DNA of 53,182 nt, taken from positions 72,855,958 to 72,909,139 of the forward strand of contig NC_068981.1 in NCBI RefSeq assembly GCF_001194135.2, in the 5' to 3' direction. The notes under the pieces are model-generated. The model had not been told where the DNA came from. It ran no database searches and saw only the letters and a list, made by a program, of their open reading frames with translations. Both the position numbers and the translations under genes were made by a program. Below, piece after piece: positions 50,818 to 53,182 of this stretch. Positions within the stretch are counted from its first letter, which is position 1. Each line of letters opens with the position of its first letter. This DNA comes from Octopus bimaculoides. Its lineage: Eukaryota.

Positions 50818-50865
50818 ACATATGTGTGCGCGCGCGCGTGTGTGTATAGAGTGTTTGAAGTGTGT

Positions 50866-51031
50866 AGAAAAAAGAGGCAGTCAAAATTTTGGATAATTCT
50901 TTATTAACGCTTTCGTCCGTTTATCGAACTTTTCAAGACAAAATCAAAGTCAATTTTGTTTTGACGAGTTTGTCAAACGAACGAAGGCGCTAATAAAAAA
51001 TTATCCAAAATTCTGACTACCTCCCTTTTCT
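50866..51031. repeat. Imperfect 166-bp palindrome, fold-back element with hammerhead-like arms
   Basis: Arms pair from AGAAAA/TTTTCT inward to ACAAAAT/ATTTTGT around an 8-nt loop (50945-50952). Confidence 0.8.
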
Positions 51032-51643
51032 CAATATATATATTCTTTTATTCTTTTAATGGTTTCAGTCGCCGGACTGCGGCCATGCTGGAGCACCACC
51101 TTAGTTTTTTTTATATAGTTTTTTTTTCTTTTTAGTTTTTTTGTCGCTTTTTGATTGAAAGTTCATCGATGATCAAGTTTGTATGTATATGTGTATATAT
51201 ATATATAATGTTATATTATATTATTGAGAAACGCACACAAATACAAGATTGATAATAAATGCGTATATATACATGTACTCAAATGCATGTGTCTAAAGCA
51301 ATATTTTATTAATCTTTTGGTTGCTTACATGCTTATGAGTTTGTTAAAATAAATCAGTTTTTAGAAGTCTCGCGATATGCAAATGAGTTTATAAAATGAA
51401 TGGAAGAGGTCATATCACAGCACATAAGTAATTTGCTTATAGGTTGTTCGCTCTTTAATTCTTTGCATATTTTACTACTATGTTAGATGTCTCAATCAAT
51501 AAGAAGCCGGTTTTGCTTTTCATTTGAAACAATTTCTCTGATTGATGCCAATACGACCTTTGAGAAAGACACAAATATCAAGCAAGTTGAATCCCCATTC
51601 TGTACTATTCTCAACGATGCTAGTCTTTCGTGGAATGGATATA

Positions 51644-51857
51644 CTCTTTTACTCTTTTACTTGTTTCAGTCATTAGACTGTGGCCATGCTGGAGCACCGC
51701 CTTTAGTCGAAGAAATCGACCCCAGGACTTATTCTTTGGAAGCCTAGTACTTATTCTATCGGTCTCTTTTGCCGAACCGCTAAGTTACGGGAACGTAAAC
51801 ACACCAACATCTGTTATCAAGCGATGTTGGGGGCCAAACATAGACACACAAACTTAT

Positions 51858-51890
<33 letters not shown>

Positions 51891-52054
51891 CGACGGGCTT
51901 CTTTCAGTTTCCGTCTACCAAATCTACTTACAAGGCTTTGGTCGGCCTGAGGCTATAGTAGAAGACACTTGCCCAAGGTGCTACGCAGTGGGAATGAACC
52001 CAGAACCATGTGGTCGGTAAGCAAGGTACTTACCACACAGCCACTCCTGCGCCT
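51644..52054 (-). mobile_element. Full-length SINE family A copy with TSD
   Basis: Flanking direct repeat ATGGATATA at 51635-51643 and 52055-52063. Confidence 0.9.
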
Positions 52055-53182
52055 ATGGATATATATATATTAATATGATACAAAATTTGGTTCAGTTTCC
52101 AACTGTTTTTTTATGAAGTATAAAAACTAAACCCTACTTGGGGACTAGTTTCAATGTTATCACCTAAAATTTGTCCGATGAATTACTTTGCTCGATTATA
52201 GTTCATATCCAGCATCCCTGCTATTTCACTGTCAGGAAACAGATTAACATCCAAACGCTGTTTAAACCCTATATCTAACACTCTAAGGAATGCTATTTCC
52301 CCGAATTCGTCGTGCACCGCCACCGCATCCTTCACTTCACATAATCCTGTTTATCAGATATTTATGCTGCTTGGCCTTAAAATTTCAAAACTCTATTTTT
52401 AGGATGACCTCAGTCTATAATTAGGTGGCATGACTGTGTTTTTCCTGTGGCATTGCTTTATTAAACCAAGGTATGCTTTCTCATACTTGCTTAAATTCCT
52501 CTCATTACAACTTTATCGCGATAATTTTTAATCTATCCGATTTCCTGTTACCTGTACAGCGTCTTTAAGGAATTTATCAGCTTTCAGGGATGATATTTCT
52601 TTTCTCTTTTCCAAATGAAAGTATGAATAAACTGTAGAAGAAGAAAGTAAGCACAATATGCTCCTTCATGGACCATTTGGTAGATATAAAGTAACGTGCT
52701 TGGGGCATACTTAAGTAAATAGATGTTCTAGCAATTTCATAAATGTGTGTTCTGGTTGAACTAATATCAACGATGAACATAGATAGAATATTTTGCATCG
52801 TAATTAATAAAACGAAAATAAAAAATATTCGTGAAAGGAAATGCTGTTAAAATAAATACAAATATAAATTGAGCAATAAGTAAGTAAACGAACTGGAATA
52901 ACATGAGGAAGTGTTTATAAATGAGTGAGACAGAGAAAGTGATGTTAGGGAAATGGGAGATAAAATAGCTGAAAGAAATGGTAAACGAGATAATGAGTCA
53001 ATAAAAGAAACAGATTGGTGAGTAACATATACATAACAACCTTAAGAGAAATATACATAATGAAAGGTTAGAAAGGTGTGGGGGTGTTTGTATATGCATC
53101 TATGTTTGTGTGTACATGCATATGCAGGAATGTATATATAAGTGTATATATAAGTGTATATATAAGTGTATATATATATAAG

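Overview
Eukaryotic, AT-rich, repeat-dense genomic DNA with nine N gaps. The tRNA-headed SINE families and long microsatellites point to a coleoid cephalopod, probably Octopus (inference). One host gene is supported: the last six coding exons of a transglutaminase on the + strand (9492-36964), with GT-AG introns and consistent phases, encoding 360 aa from the catalytic His/Asp region to the stop. The catalytic-Cys exon must lie upstream of the window. The rest is SINEs, decayed LINEs (RTE, R4/Dong, L1/Tx1), a hAT MITE, a Helitron helicase fragment, microsatellites and palindromes. Three observations stand out. (1) An L1/Tx1-like ORF2 3' end, an ORF1-only element and a SINE share one 3' tail, and the latter two sit at the same site in a SINE head, suggesting a SINE-targeting retrotransposition system. 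(2) Two fold-back elements carry hammerhead-ribozyme-shaped modules with non-canonical 3:8 core pairs. (3) The transglutaminase has altered residues at a conserved Ca2+ site. All alignments and folds were done by eye; repeat boundaries are approximate unless fixed by a TSD or TIR.
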